From assembly GCF_000019605.1 (NCBI RefSeq), contig NC_010482.1, forward strand, positions 390,001 through 422,000: a stretch of 32,000 nucleotides of DNA, read 5' to 3'. Origin of the DNA: Candidatus Korarchaeum cryptofilum OPF8 (GTDB lineage Archaea; Korarchaeota; Korarchaeia; Korarchaeales; Korarchaeaceae). A program made the translations under genes and the position numbers. A model generated the notes under the pieces. The model saw only the letters and a program-made list of their open reading frames with translations. It was not told the DNA's origin and did not search any database. Below are positions 1 through 12,952 of this stretch, piece by piece; within the stretch, counting starts at the first letter, position 1; each line of letters begins with the position of its first letter.

Positions 1-44
1 CTCAACCTCTCTAGAGCAGCTCTCTTCCTCTCCTCCCATCCCAA

Positions 45-1208
45 TCAGAGACCCCTGGCCGCTAGCTCTAAAGCCATCTTGAGTTGAGCTTCCACAGGCC
101 TGGGGAGGCCCTCTATCTTGACCTCCATGAACCCCCTCACCAATATGCTCTTAGCTTCCTCCTCGCTGAAGCCCTTTGTCATCAAGTAGTAGAGCTGCTC
201 CTCGCTGAGCCTACCTACGGCAGCCTCATGGGAGAGCTGGACATCATCTATTTTAGCGTCAAGAGCCGGTAGAGTGAGTATCCTGGAGCTATCGGAGAGG
301 AGGAGCCCATCGCACTCTATGTGCCCCCTAGCACCTCTGCCCTCAGCCGATATCAGGGATCTAGTTATAACATCAGCCCTATCCTTCGTTATCACCTTTG
401 ATACTATCTCAGCTGACGTATTCTCAGCTCTCAAGAAGACGCTCCCTCCAACGTCCATCTTCGATTCTCTTGGGGCCACTATAACTGAGGAGAGGTAAGC
501 TTTCGCTCCCTCACCGACTAAATAGACCTTAGGATCCGTCTGGAGGCTGGCTATGGGGCTCATGTTTATGTAGTGGCTGACGTACTCCCCTCCCCTCTCC
601 ACTATCACTCCGGTCCTTGGCCTCACGTGGGAGGTCGGGGCCCACTGATGTATCATCGTGAAAGTCAGCCTCCCCCCTTCCTTAACGTAGAACTCTGAGA
701 TGCCAGCGTGCAAGCCCGGAGCCTCAGCGGAGGTAAGGCATCCTGTTATAACGTGGAGCTCCGCTCCCTCCTCCACTATAACTATGTTGTGAGGAGCTTG
801 TAAGGATCCAGGGGTGGAGAGGAGCAGGCACGATAGGACGGGCTGCTCGACCTTCCTACCCCTCTCGGCTATGAATACGTAGCCCTCATGCCCCCCGAAT
901 AACTCAGCTGCTGCTGTGTACTTATCAGTATCGACTTTAACGGCATTCCAGAAGTAATCTTGAACTAGCCCCTCCTCTAGAGCCTGAGAGAGGGTCAATA
1001 CCTTGACTCCAGGTATAGAGGGCCTGACCTCAACTGGCCTATTATCTACTTGGATGTAAGAAGCGCTCTCAGGATCTATTCCTATGCTGGAGAGCGCTTC
1101 CAGACCCATAGAAGAACTGGCCCTGGGCTTCAGGAAGTCCTCTATCCTCAAGTCTATCCCATAGGGGGATGGCTTATTCAAAGCTTCCTCAGCCGCTTTC
1201 TTCAACAT
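45..1208 (-). CDS. SufB/SufD-family Fe-S cluster assembly protein
   Basis: ORF 45..1235 lies immediately downstream of sufC. The C-terminal region (HEAAVGRLSEEQLYYLMTKGFSEEEAKSILVRGF) matches the SufBD family signature. The internal ATG at 1208 overlaps the sufC stop as TGATG, so I prefer 1208 as the start over 1235. I cannot tell SufB from SufD. Confidence 0.85.
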   Translation of the reverse strand: MLKKAAEEALNKPSPYGIDLRIEDFLKPRASSSMGLEALSSIGIDPESASYIQVDNRPVEVRPSIPGVKVLTLSQALEEGLVQDYFWNAVKVDTDKYTAAAELFGGHEGYVFIAERGRKVEQPVLSCLLLSTPGSLQAPHNIVIVEEGAELHVITGCLTSAEAPGLHAGISEFYVKEGGRLTFTMIHQWAPTSHVRPRTGVIVERGGEYVSHYINMSPIASLQTDPKVYLVGEGAKAYLSSVIVAPRESKMDVGGSVFLRAENTSAEIVSKVITKDRADVITRSLISAEGRGARGHIECDGLLLSDSSRILTLPALDAKIDDVQLSHEAAVGRLSEEQLYYLMTKGFSEEEAKSILVRGFMEVKIEGLPRPVEAQLKMALELAARGL

Positions 1209-1957
1209 CAGACCACCCTGACGCACCTGAGGCATTCTGAGAACCCGTACTTCTCTATGTCCTCTATCAGATCAGCTGGATTCCCGAAGCACTTCACCTC
1301 CCCATTCAGGATTATATAAGCTCTGTTAGCGTTCCTAACGTGCTTCAATATCTTCCCCATGTGAGTTACTATTATAGCAGATCTCTTCTCCCTCGCCCTA
1401 CTATCGGAAGCTCCAACTATCTCATTTATGACCTTCCCAATTATAGGGAGGCTCTCCAGATCAACTCCGGAGTCAGGTTCATCTAAAAGAGCTAATTTGG
1501 GGTTCTGAGCAGCGAGAAGCAGGAGCTCAACTTTCTTCATCTCCCCTCCGCTGAAGCCCCTGTGGAGCTCCCTATCCAATAGTCTCTCTATCCTCAGCTC
1601 CTCCGAGATCCTCCTGAGAGTATCTTGATCAGTCCCATAAATTTTAGAGAGCCTCTTTATCAGATCCCTGAGCCTAACCCCCTTAAGAGCTGGGGGAATC
1701 TGCATCATGAACCCTATCCCGAGCTTCGCCCTCTCGCTAGCGCTCATCCCAGTTATGTCGATTCCATTGAAGATTATCCTACCGGATACCTCATACCCCG
1801 GCCTCCCCATTATAGCGTGCAGGAGAGTGGATTTCCCAGAGCCGTTGGGCCCTAGCAGGGCGACTATCTCCCCCTCCCCGACTTCGAAGCTGACCTCCCT
1901 CAGTATCTCCCTCTCCCTCACCTTCACGCTCAATTCCTCGACTTTCAGCATGGCCAT
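1208..1957 (-). CDS. sufC: Fe-S cluster assembly ABC ATPase SufC
   Basis: Walker A GPNGSGKST, signature FSGGEMKKVELL, Walker B LALLDEPDSGVD, H-loop IIVTHMGK. The GRPGYEVSGRIIFNG segment is typical of SufC. Followed by the SufBD gene. Confidence 0.92.
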   Translation of the reverse strand: MAMLKVEELSVKVREREILREVSFEVGEGEIVALLGPNGSGKSTLLHAIMGRPGYEVSGRIIFNGIDITGMSASERAKLGIGFMMQIPPALKGVRLRDLIKRLSKIYGTDQDTLRRISEELRIERLLDRELHRGFSGGEMKKVELLLLAAQNPKLALLDEPDSGVDLESLPIIGKVINEIVGASDSRAREKRSAIIVTHMGKILKHVRNANRAYIILNGEVKCFGNPADLIEDIEKYGFSECLRCVRVV

Positions 1958-1969
1958 CTAGATTACTAA

Positions 1970-6527
<4,558 letters not shown>

Positions 6528-6696
6528 GGGAATAATATAAACTTTTCTGTTAAAATTATTAGCATTTTAAAAAAGTATAAGATGAATCTAACATTATAAT
6601 TTTTACAGGTCAATCGAGTGTTAAAGTAATTAGTGAGCAGCATTCTGGCTTCAAAAATTTCATAATCGAGTATTTAATTGAAAGAGAGCGTATCGC

Positions 6697-7146
6697 TCAC
6701 GGCGACCTCTTCCCACTCATCTCCTCTATCTCGATCCTTATTACCTCCACTTTATCTAACTCCTCATTTGAGATCTCGAAATCCTCATCCGAGTACTTCT
6801 TAATTATGCAGTTCAATGCTTTTCTCTTCTCCTCCCTATCCTCAACGAAACTAGCTCTACCAATTCCTATCACGCTCTTGTAAGCGAGAGTCCATTTGCA
6901 GGGGTTTCCAGATCTTATGAGGCTAATATCAATCTCTGTCTCGAAGCAGACTAAGCTGCTCCTCCTCAGGATATCTATCTTCCTCCCCTCCCTCGCGGAA
7001 TGTATGTAGATGAACCCATCGGAGTAGCAGAAGATGACGGGAACGCAGTAAGGCACTCCTCCATCGCACATAGCTATCCTGCAGATCTTAGCCCTCCTCA
7101 GGACTTCCTCTATTCCATCCTTCATCTCCTTATCGGTACGCCTCAT
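6697..7146 (-). CDS. Pyridoxamine 5'-phosphate oxidase-like (NimA-type) FMN-binding split-barrel protein
   Basis: 149 aa. The pattern MRRTDKEM...VLRRAKICRIAMCDGGVPYCVPVIFCYSDGFIYIHSAREGRKIDIL resembles the COG3467/PNPOx-like family. Confidence 0.7.
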   Translation of the reverse strand: MRRTDKEMKDGIEEVLRRAKICRIAMCDGGVPYCVPVIFCYSDGFIYIHSAREGRKIDILRRSSLVCFETEIDISLIRSGNPCKWTLAYKSVIGIGRASFVEDREEKRKALNCIIKKYSDEDFEISNEELDKVEVIRIEIEEMSGKRSP

Positions 7147-7400
7147 AAAGATGAGGAAGCGGGAGATGATATAAGCTTATCCGAAGTTATAAAAAGGTAA
7201 TTCAGCAATGAAACGCCTTAGATTCTTGAGCATCTAAGATCTCCCCTCGAAACTCTCACTGAGCTTTTTACGGAATCCTCTCGAAAGACCTCAGCGATTC
7301 CTCGGAATAAAGGGAATCGAGCCCCCTGCATTTCCTTCTAAATTCCTTTATAATAACCTTAACTACTTCAAGCCTCCAGAGGCCCTCCTCATCTCATGTA

Positions 7401-7412
7401 TATATTTATAAG
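7401..7412 (+). promoter_or_regulatory. TATA box for the 7436 gene (leaderless transcript expected)
   Basis: tatatttataag ends about 25 nt upstream of the ATG at 7436. Confidence 0.5.
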
Positions 7413-7435
7413 CTCAACAGATCGAGTGGTCTAAG

Positions 7436-8047
7436 ATGAAGCACACGGGATACGAAGCTCTGATAGGTCTGTGGGGCCCTCTCGGGATACTGGCCTTCAC
7501 CTTCCTGATAAGCTTGGTCCCCTTCGCCTCCCCATCAAACGCTGTGATGGCAGCTCTAATAGCTATGAGCTTCCCCAACATAGATAAGCTTTGGATAGGC
7601 GTATCCGTCGCTTTAGGAGCTACTTTAGCGAAACTGGTGCACTTCTCAGCATCCTACGGAGTGGGTAAGGTCATAGAGAGGAAGATGGGTGATGAGAGGC
7701 TTGGGAAGTATAGCAGGATCACGATGTACATCATGAACTTCATAGCTGCCGCTACCCCCCTACCGGATGAGTGGATAGTAATACCCATGGGCTTGGGGAG
7801 GATGAGCCCCATCTGGTTCTTCTTATCTTACCTAGCTGGGAAGCTTGTGATAACGATACCCGCGGCTTACATAGGATACGGGCTGGCCCCGATAGCTGAG
7901 GGGATCTTCGGGGGCAATACTTGGATATTCTCCGCTGTGATCGGCATAGTGATAGCTGTGATCTTCGTTTTCATAGACTTCGAGAAGCTCGGCGAGAGAG
8001 TAGCCGGGGCTCTGAGGGTGAGGAAGAGGGAGGAGCCTGGGGCATGA
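7436..8047 (+). CDS. Integral membrane protein (possibly DedA/VTT-like)
   Basis: 203 aa with about 5 hydrophobic helices and its own TATA box. The family assignment is tentative. Confidence 0.7.
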   Translation: MKHTGYEALIGLWGPLGILAFTFLISLVPFASPSNAVMAALIAMSFPNIDKLWIGVSVALGATLAKLVHFSASYGVGKVIERKMGDERLGKYSRITMYIMNFIAAATPLPDEWIVIPMGLGRMSPIWFFLSYLAGKLVITIPAAYIGYGLAPIAEGIFGGNTWIFSAVIGIVIAVIFVFIDFEKLGERVAGALRVRKREEPGA

Positions 8048-8115
8048 GCTCTAAAATTAAGATTAGGACATAACTTCAAATTCTTGAGGTACGTGTAGAA
8101 GGAAGGAGAATAGTG

Positions 8116-8238
8116 ATGAAAAGGGCCAGAAAAAGAAGAGTGCTTAAGTCTGGTAGATCTCTCACTATAGAGGAGATTGATGAAATAATAGCGAGGGGAC
8201 TGGGTGAGATGATTGCAGGAGGCAGTGATAGACACTAA
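8116..8238 (+). CDS. Small basic protein (40 aa), possible antitoxin partner of the adjacent PIN remnant
   Basis: Hand translation gives MKRARKRRVLKSGRSLTIEEIDEIIARGLGEMIAGGSDRH. ggaaggag lies 6-8 nt upstream. The 3' end overlaps the start of a PIN-like frame. It is below the ORF-track size cutoff. Confidence 0.3.
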   Translation: MKRARKRRVLKSGRSLTIEEIDEIIARGLGEMIAGGSDRH

Positions 8239-8453
8239 CGTGCTAGTTTAAGACACCTGAGGATTCCGTTCGCCATGAGATCGTATCAAAGCTCCTAGGT
8301 TGGATCGCTGGCAAAATAGGTATAGAGCTCAGGAAACGGGCAACAAAGTTAGCCTCCAGAGCTCCCTCAATCCACTCAATGTCCAGCCATGATTCCCATC
8401 ATTTCTTCAGGCAGGTGAGTTGCACTAGAAAGTATTCTCATAGATTCGTCTAA
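8213..8453 (+). pseudogene. Frameshifted or decayed VapC-like PIN-domain gene
   Basis: The frame from TTG 8213 / GTG 8225 reads (Q E A) V I D T N V L V, then a stop at 8249. Shifting +1 within the gttt run (8246-8249) continues FKTPEDSVRHEIVSKLLGWIAGKIGIELRKRA... to a stop at 8451-8453. The VIDTNVL opening is the classic PIN N-terminal motif. The total length is too short for an intact PIN domain. Confidence 0.4.
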
Positions 8454-8512
8454 CACTACTCTAGGATAGGGCAGATAACTTCAGCACTTCCATAAGCTCT
8501 CTCCATTGATAC

Positions 8513-9097
8513 TCAAATCCCAAAAGCCAGATCCAGGAACTCCAGTATCCCCAAAACTATTAGAATTACGCCTGAGAGGATTGATGGGAGCTTCCCACTC
8601 AAATTCCTTATCCTATCGCTCAGGAGAGCTGCTAGTGATATCAGTAAAGTATTGGCCAGGATGACGGCGATCACTATCCATAATACCGGGATCCCCAAGA
8701 AGGGGTAACTTATCCCCACGGCTCCCTCATCTATACTCGCTAAGGTGCCCATAGCTGTCATTGCCCAAAAGGAGGAGACTCTCTCCATAACCTCATGCCT
8801 CTCATCCTCGAGAGCTTCCCTAATTACCCGGAGTCCGACGGATGAGAAGACTATCAAGACCACCCAAGCGCTGAAGGGAGCGATCCACTCATATATAGCT
8901 AATCCGACTAGCCAGCCTAACAGGGGCAGTAATGCAGTAGATATTGAGAATGCGGCCGCTATCTTACCAGCTTTAACTATCAAATTCCTAAGGGTCCCAC
9001 CCGGCATCAATAGACTTAAAGCGAAAGCTAGGCCGAAATCATCCAAAGATAATCCTAAGGACAGCAAGATGAGAGCTAAGTAATCCAAGCTATCCAC
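8513..9097 (-). CDS. mntP: MntP-family (DUF204) putative manganese efflux pump
   Basis: Two-repeat membrane protein with the family motifs LSLDDFGLAF (N-terminal half) and SIDEGAVGIS (C-terminal half). Confidence 0.8.
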   Translation of the reverse strand: MDSLDYLALILLSLGLSLDDFGLAFALSLLMPGGTLRNLIVKAGKIAAAFSISTALLPLLGWLVGLAIYEWIAPFSAWVVLIVFSSVGLRVIREALEDERHEVMERVSSFWAMTAMGTLASIDEGAVGISYPFLGIPVLWIVIAVILANTLLISLAALLSDRIRNLSGKLPSILSGVILIVLGILEFLDLAFGI

Positions 9098-9323
9098 CCC
9101 GCCCTTCCTTTTTCATCTATCTCGCTCAATTCTGAACCCAAAAGCCCTTTTAAATTTAACTTGGGAAGAAGCTCATAGCTCCGATACAATGATAGGGCTG
9201 CGTGCGAATGCATATGACATGGAAGCGGAACTAGTGTCGGCAGGAGCCACAACGTAGATGAGGATTAGATCGTCAATTCATCAAAGAGTAAAGCTTAAAT
9301 CCCTCGTTTCATAGGGCTTGGCG

Positions 9324-11735
9324 ATGGAAAAGGGACTGAAGAGAATTTCCAGCAAGGAGTATGAGAAAATATATCCAGAAGAAGTGTTCAATATTCTCGA
9401 GAGCGGGAAAGATGGATTAAGCGATGAGGAAGCTGAAAGGAGGATCCAAATCTTCGGACCGAATGCCATAGAGGAGAGAAAAGAGAGCCCGCTGAAGGGA
9501 TTCTTGAGGAGGTTCTGGGGGCCGATGCCGTGGCTTTTGGAGGTAGCAATAATCCTCTCCCTCCTCATAGGGCATGAAGTGGAGGCATTGATCATAGCAT
9601 TCCTCTTATTCATCAATGCAGCTATCGGTTTCGCGCACTCTCAATCCAGCGAGAGGGTCCTGGAGCTCCTGAAATCGAAGCTAGCTGTCATGGCCAAGGT
9701 CATCAGATCGGGTCAGCTGAAGCTGATAGACGCAAAGAACCTAGTTCCCGGGGATTTACTGATAATTGAGTTGGGGGACATAGTGCCTGCTGACTGCAAG
9801 ATCCTGGAGGGGAGCATTTCCGTCGATCAATCCATGCTCACTGGAGAGAGCCTTCCAGTAGATCTATCCGCTGGAAATATAGCTTTCTCTGGCTCTATAG
9901 TCAAAAGGGGAAAAGCCAAGTGTATAGTGGTCAACACCGGCGCTGACACTTACTTCGGGAAGACTGCGGAGCTCGTCAGAATAGCTAGGCCGAGGTCCCA
10001 TCAACAGGAGGTGATGCTCCAGATCACGAGGTACTCCATGTACCTGGGGATCGTCGTGATGATAGCTGTCTCCATCCTCGCCTATGCGATGCACCTCAAG
10101 AATGAGCTAATATCGATCCTGACATTCGACGTGGCGATCCTCATGGGATGCGTGCCCGTCGCTCTTCCAGCTGTGATGACGATAATGCAGGCAGCAGGAG
10201 CTAGATATCTAGCTTCTAAAGGTGTTCTTGTGACGAAACTAGATGCTGTAGAGGATGCGGCCTCTGTAGATGTGCTTTGCGTCGATAAGACGGGCACTAT
10301 AACGATGAACTCCTTGGAGGTCACCTCCCTCATCCCACTCAACTCCTCGGAGGAGGAGCTGCTGGAACTCGCTCTCTATGCATCTAGCGAGGAGACTGGA
10401 GATCCAATAGATTTAGCGATTGTAAGAAGAGCTAGAGGGATTAAAACTAAAGGGAAGCGTATTTCATTCACACCCTTCGATCCATCGACGAAGAGAGCGG
10501 AGGGAGTCGTTGAGATCGAGGAGAAAAGGATCAGGGTTGTGAAGGGGGCCCCTCAAGTGATCTTGGGGATGTGCGATCCAGATGGGAAGGAGTTTATTGA
10601 GGAGAAATTGAACGAGCTAGCTTCGAAGGGATACAGAACATTACTGATAGCAGAGGGAGAGGAAGGATATCCTCTGGAAGTCGCTGGGATAATAGCTCTC
10701 TCAGATCCCCCGAGACCTGACTCGGCCGAGCTCATAAAGAGGCTGAAGGAACTCGATGTCAAGCCGAAAATGATCACAGGCGATAGCTTTCCTATAGCCA
10801 AGGAGATAGCGAGAATCGTGGGCATAGGTGATATGGGTATCTCTCTCTCAGATCTTAGGAATTTAAATGAATCTAGAGTTTTAGAAGAGATTGAGAGAGC
10901 TGATTTCCTTGCTGAAGTCTTTCCTGAGGACAAATATACTGTCGTGAAAAGCTTACAGGCCCTAGGGCATGTAGTTGGGATGACGGGAGATGGTGTAAAT
11001 GATGCGCCAGCTCTGAAGCAGGCTGAGCTCGGCATAGCAGTAAGCAATGCGACGGATGTCGCTAAAGCATCATCCGGGGTGGTGCTGCTCACCCCTGGGC
11101 TTGGTGGGATAGTTGAAGTAATAGTCCAGAGCAGGAAGGTGTATCAGAGGGCCCTGACATGGATAATCAATAAGGTGATAAAGGTAGTTCAGTTCACTCT
11201 CCTCCTGGCTATAGGGTTATTCTGGCTGGGGTACGATGTCCTGACGCTCATGGGCATGGCCCTGCTAGTACTCGCTAATGATTTCGCCACAATGTCGCTA
11301 GCTACCGATAATGCGAAGCCGACGCTGAGACCAAACAAATGGAATATGAGGAACATAATGCTATCATCAGTTGCCCTGGGCCTTCTCTTACTATCAGAGG
11401 CCCTTGTAGCCATTTATATTGGGAAAAAGCTGTTCTCTTTCTCACAGAAGGAGATGCAAACTTTCATATTGCTCACCATGGTTTTCACAAGCCAGTTCAG
11501 GGTCATCCTAGTGAGGGAAAGGGGATACTTCTGGAAAAGCAAGCCCGGGAGAGAGTTAATAGCATCGATCTCGATTGTTATAACTGCTTTTCTGTTACTA
11601 GGAGCGGTGGGAATAGTAGTAGAGCGGATCCCCTTATCTGCATCTCTTCTCTCCCTAGCGTACTCCGCTGCCTTCACTTTAGGCATCGATCCGGTAAAGG
11701 TATTGATCTTCAAGAGGAGCGGCCTCATCACATGA
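9324..11735 (+). CDS. P-type ATPase, plasma-membrane H+-ATPase-like (type III)
   Basis: Motifs TGESLPV, CVDKTGTITMN, KGAPQ, MITGDSFPIA and MTGDGVNDAPALKQAELGIAV. The overall layout and the N-terminal GLSDEEAERRIQIFGPNAIEE are typical of P3A pumps. The ORF opens at TTG 9318, and ATG 9324 is the preferred start. Confidence 0.88.
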   Translation: MEKGLKRISSKEYEKIYPEEVFNILESGKDGLSDEEAERRIQIFGPNAIEERKESPLKGFLRRFWGPMPWLLEVAIILSLLIGHEVEALIIAFLLFINAAIGFAHSQSSERVLELLKSKLAVMAKVIRSGQLKLIDAKNLVPGDLLIIELGDIVPADCKILEGSISVDQSMLTGESLPVDLSAGNIAFSGSIVKRGKAKCIVVNTGADTYFGKTAELVRIARPRSHQQEVMLQITRYSMYLGIVVMIAVSILAYAMHLKNELISILTFDVAILMGCVPVALPAVMTIMQAAGARYLASKGVLVTKLDAVEDAASVDVLCVDKTGTITMNSLEVTSLIPLNSSEEELLELALYASSEETGDPIDLAIVRRARGIKTKGKRISFTPFDPSTKRAEGVVEIEEKRIRVVKGAPQVILGMCDPDGKEFIEEKLNELASKGYRTLLIAEGEEGYPLEVAGIIALSDPPRPDSAELIKRLKELDVKPKMITGDSFPIAKEIARIVGIGDMGISLSDLRNLNESRVLEEIERADFLAEVFPEDKYTVVKSLQALGHVVGMTGDGVNDAPALKQAELGIAVSNATDVAKASSGVVLLTPGLGGIVEVIVQSRKVYQRALTWIINKVIKVVQFTLLLAIGLFWLGYDVLTLMGMALLVLANDFATMSLATDNAKPTLRPNKWNMRNIMLSSVALGLLLLSEALVAIYIGKKLFSFSQKEMQTFILLTMVFTSQFRVILVRERGYFWKSKPGRELIASISIVITAFLLLGAVGIVVERIPLSASLLSLAYSAAFTLGIDPVKVLIFKRSGLIT

Positions 11736-11909
11736 TCTCTCATCTTATTAATACAGTGGATATAATCTAATTCGTTAATATCTGGAGCTAAAGGAGGAAA
11801 GATTTCACAGCAATTTCTCCGGTCATGGGGACCTCTGGATGGTGCATTGCAGCGTAAAAGAGCTACAAAGCATACTCAAATGGATCCGCTGATGCTGAAA
11901 CATTTAAAA

Positions 11910-12725
11910 TCAAAGTATCCTTCCTATTATGAGCTCCACATCCTCTCTCTCAGCAATTCTTCTCAGCTCCTTTGCCACATCCTTATCAGCTGTCTGAACG
12001 ATTAATATCTTCCTGGGCTCCCTACCATATGCTTCCCTGATCTTCTCAGCCTTCCTGAGGAGCTTTTCTATCTTCTCAGGAGATTTCGCATGAGCTGTTA
12101 TCTCCACGACTATGAGGGGATCCTCCAGGAAGGCATCTATCTCCTCCCCCTCTATGACAGCGGGCTTAAGTTCTCTATCGGTTGGGATCTCCCCGGCCCT
12201 CCTCATTCTATCCGTGAGGAACTTCCTGACGAATTCCTCGAATGTCATTCCAGCATACTGGCTCAACTCCCCGAAAACATACATTATGGATGCGCTTAAT
12301 CCCTCGTAAATGTGATCAATTTTCCTCTCCAAGCGGTTCTGCCCGATTTTAAGCTCCTTTATCTCCTGCCAAATCTTCGTCTGCTCCTCCTTTATGGCTT
12401 TTATCTCCTGCCAAATCTTCGATATCTCCTGCCAAATCTTGGTCTGCTCCTCCTTTATCGCCTTTATCTCCTGCCAAATCTTCGATATCTCCTGCCAAAT
12501 CTTCGTCTGCTCCTCCTTTATCGCCTTTATCTCCTGCCAAATCTTCGATATCTCCTGCCAAATCTTCGTCTGCTCCTCGACCATCAGACTCATCTTTTCT
12601 GCCAGCTTCCTGATCTGAAGGGAGAATGATAACTCAGAATAAAGCTCTGCCATCTTTTCCAAGAGCTTTTTTGCTTTCTCAGGATCACTCTCAAGCTCTT
12701 TTATAAGCTCATCGACTAGGGACAT
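11910..12725 (-). CDS. Coiled-coil repeat protein with a C-terminal restriction-endonuclease-like (PD-(D/E)XK-type) domain (DUF3782-like architecture)
   Basis: The N-terminal half contains 3.5 copies of EEQTKIWQEISKIWQEIKAIK. The C-terminal part is ...GEEIDAFLEDPLIVVEITAHAKSPEKIEKLL.... I prefer the start at ATG 12725 (MSLVDELIKEL) because a TATA-like ctttttatc (12746-12754, minus strand) lies about 25 nt upstream. The ORF track extends to 12797. Confidence 0.75.
   Translation of the reverse strand: MSLVDELIKELESDPEKAKKLLEKMAELYSELSFSLQIRKLAEKMSLMVEEQTKIWQEISKIWQEIKAIKEEQTKIWQEISKIWQEIKAIKEEQTKIWQEISKIWQEIKAIKEEQTKIWQEIKELKIGQNRLERKIDHIYEGLSASIMYVFGELSQYAGMTFEEFVRKFLTDRMRRAGEIPTDRELKPAVIEGEEIDAFLEDPLIVVEITAHAKSPEKIEKLLRKAEKIREAYGREPRKILIVQTADKDVAKELRRIAEREDVELIIGRIL
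12351..12578 (-). repeat. 63-bp tandem repeat, about 3.5 copies, in frame within the CDS
   Basis: Each unit is ctcctgccaaatcttcgtctgctcctcctttatcgcctttat plus ctcctgccaaatcttcgatat. Units start at 12363, 12426, 12489 and 12552, with only 3-4 substitutions overall. The 17-nt core ctcctgccaaatcttcg occurs 6 times exactly, plus one copy (at 12426) with a single mismatch. Confidence 0.95.
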
Positions 12726-12952
12726 CGTGATATTCCACCTTTCCAGATAAAAAGATATGTGGTGAAAGCATATTTGAATATTATCCGGGACTCTCATTAA
12801 TTCATGAGTAGCTCTAATTTGGTCAACTCCTTCGGGGCCCTATTCTCCAGTTCCTTGATTCGGAATAACAATCTTCAGAGTCAGGCTCCAGATCTGGAGG
12901 ATCTACAAAGCAAGATTTTTTTTGGGAAGAGCCTTTGTCTCGAAGTGATTAT

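Noticed and set aside
1-39. Possible start of another minus-strand gene (ATG at 39-37, MGGEEESCSREVE...) 5 nt downstream of the SufBD stop.
   Set aside because: Only 13 codons are visible before the window edge, so neither coding status nor identity can be supported.
8113-8183. C/D-box-like GUGAUGA at 8113-8119 and UGAUGA at 8178-8183.
   Set aside because: There are no CUGA D/D' boxes at the required 12-nt guide spacing and no terminal stem. The sequence is better explained as the start region of the small ORF 8116-8238.
9178-9247. Long-range inverted repeat ccgatac (9181-9187) / gtgtcgg (9234-9240) in the mntP/ATPase divergent spacer. Considered as a riboswitch-like element, since bacterial mntP is often riboswitch-controlled.
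   Set aside because: The stem is only 7 bp and includes a G-U pair, with poorly structured interior sequence. It lies upstream of both predicted TATA boxes, so it is probably not transcribed with either gene. It bears no resemblance to the yybP-ykoY motif.
10553-11092. 179-aa minus-strand ORF. Other ORFs nested in the P-type ATPase gene are 9281..9616, 9864..10094, 10082..10342, 11189..11413, 11414..11743 and 11339..11770.
   Set aside because: They are antisense or off-frame shadows of a gene with unambiguous P-type ATPase motifs. They have low-complexity Ser/Pro/Ala-rich translations, typical of the reverse strand of GAG/AGG-rich coding DNA.
12312-12629. Three ORFs across the 63-bp repeat region: 12312..12629 (+), 12394..12618 (+) and 12349..12561 (-).
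   Set aside because: Open frames in every phase are an automatic consequence of a stop-free tandem repeat. Only the minus-strand frame that continues into the flanking non-repeat domains (11910..12725) is coherent.
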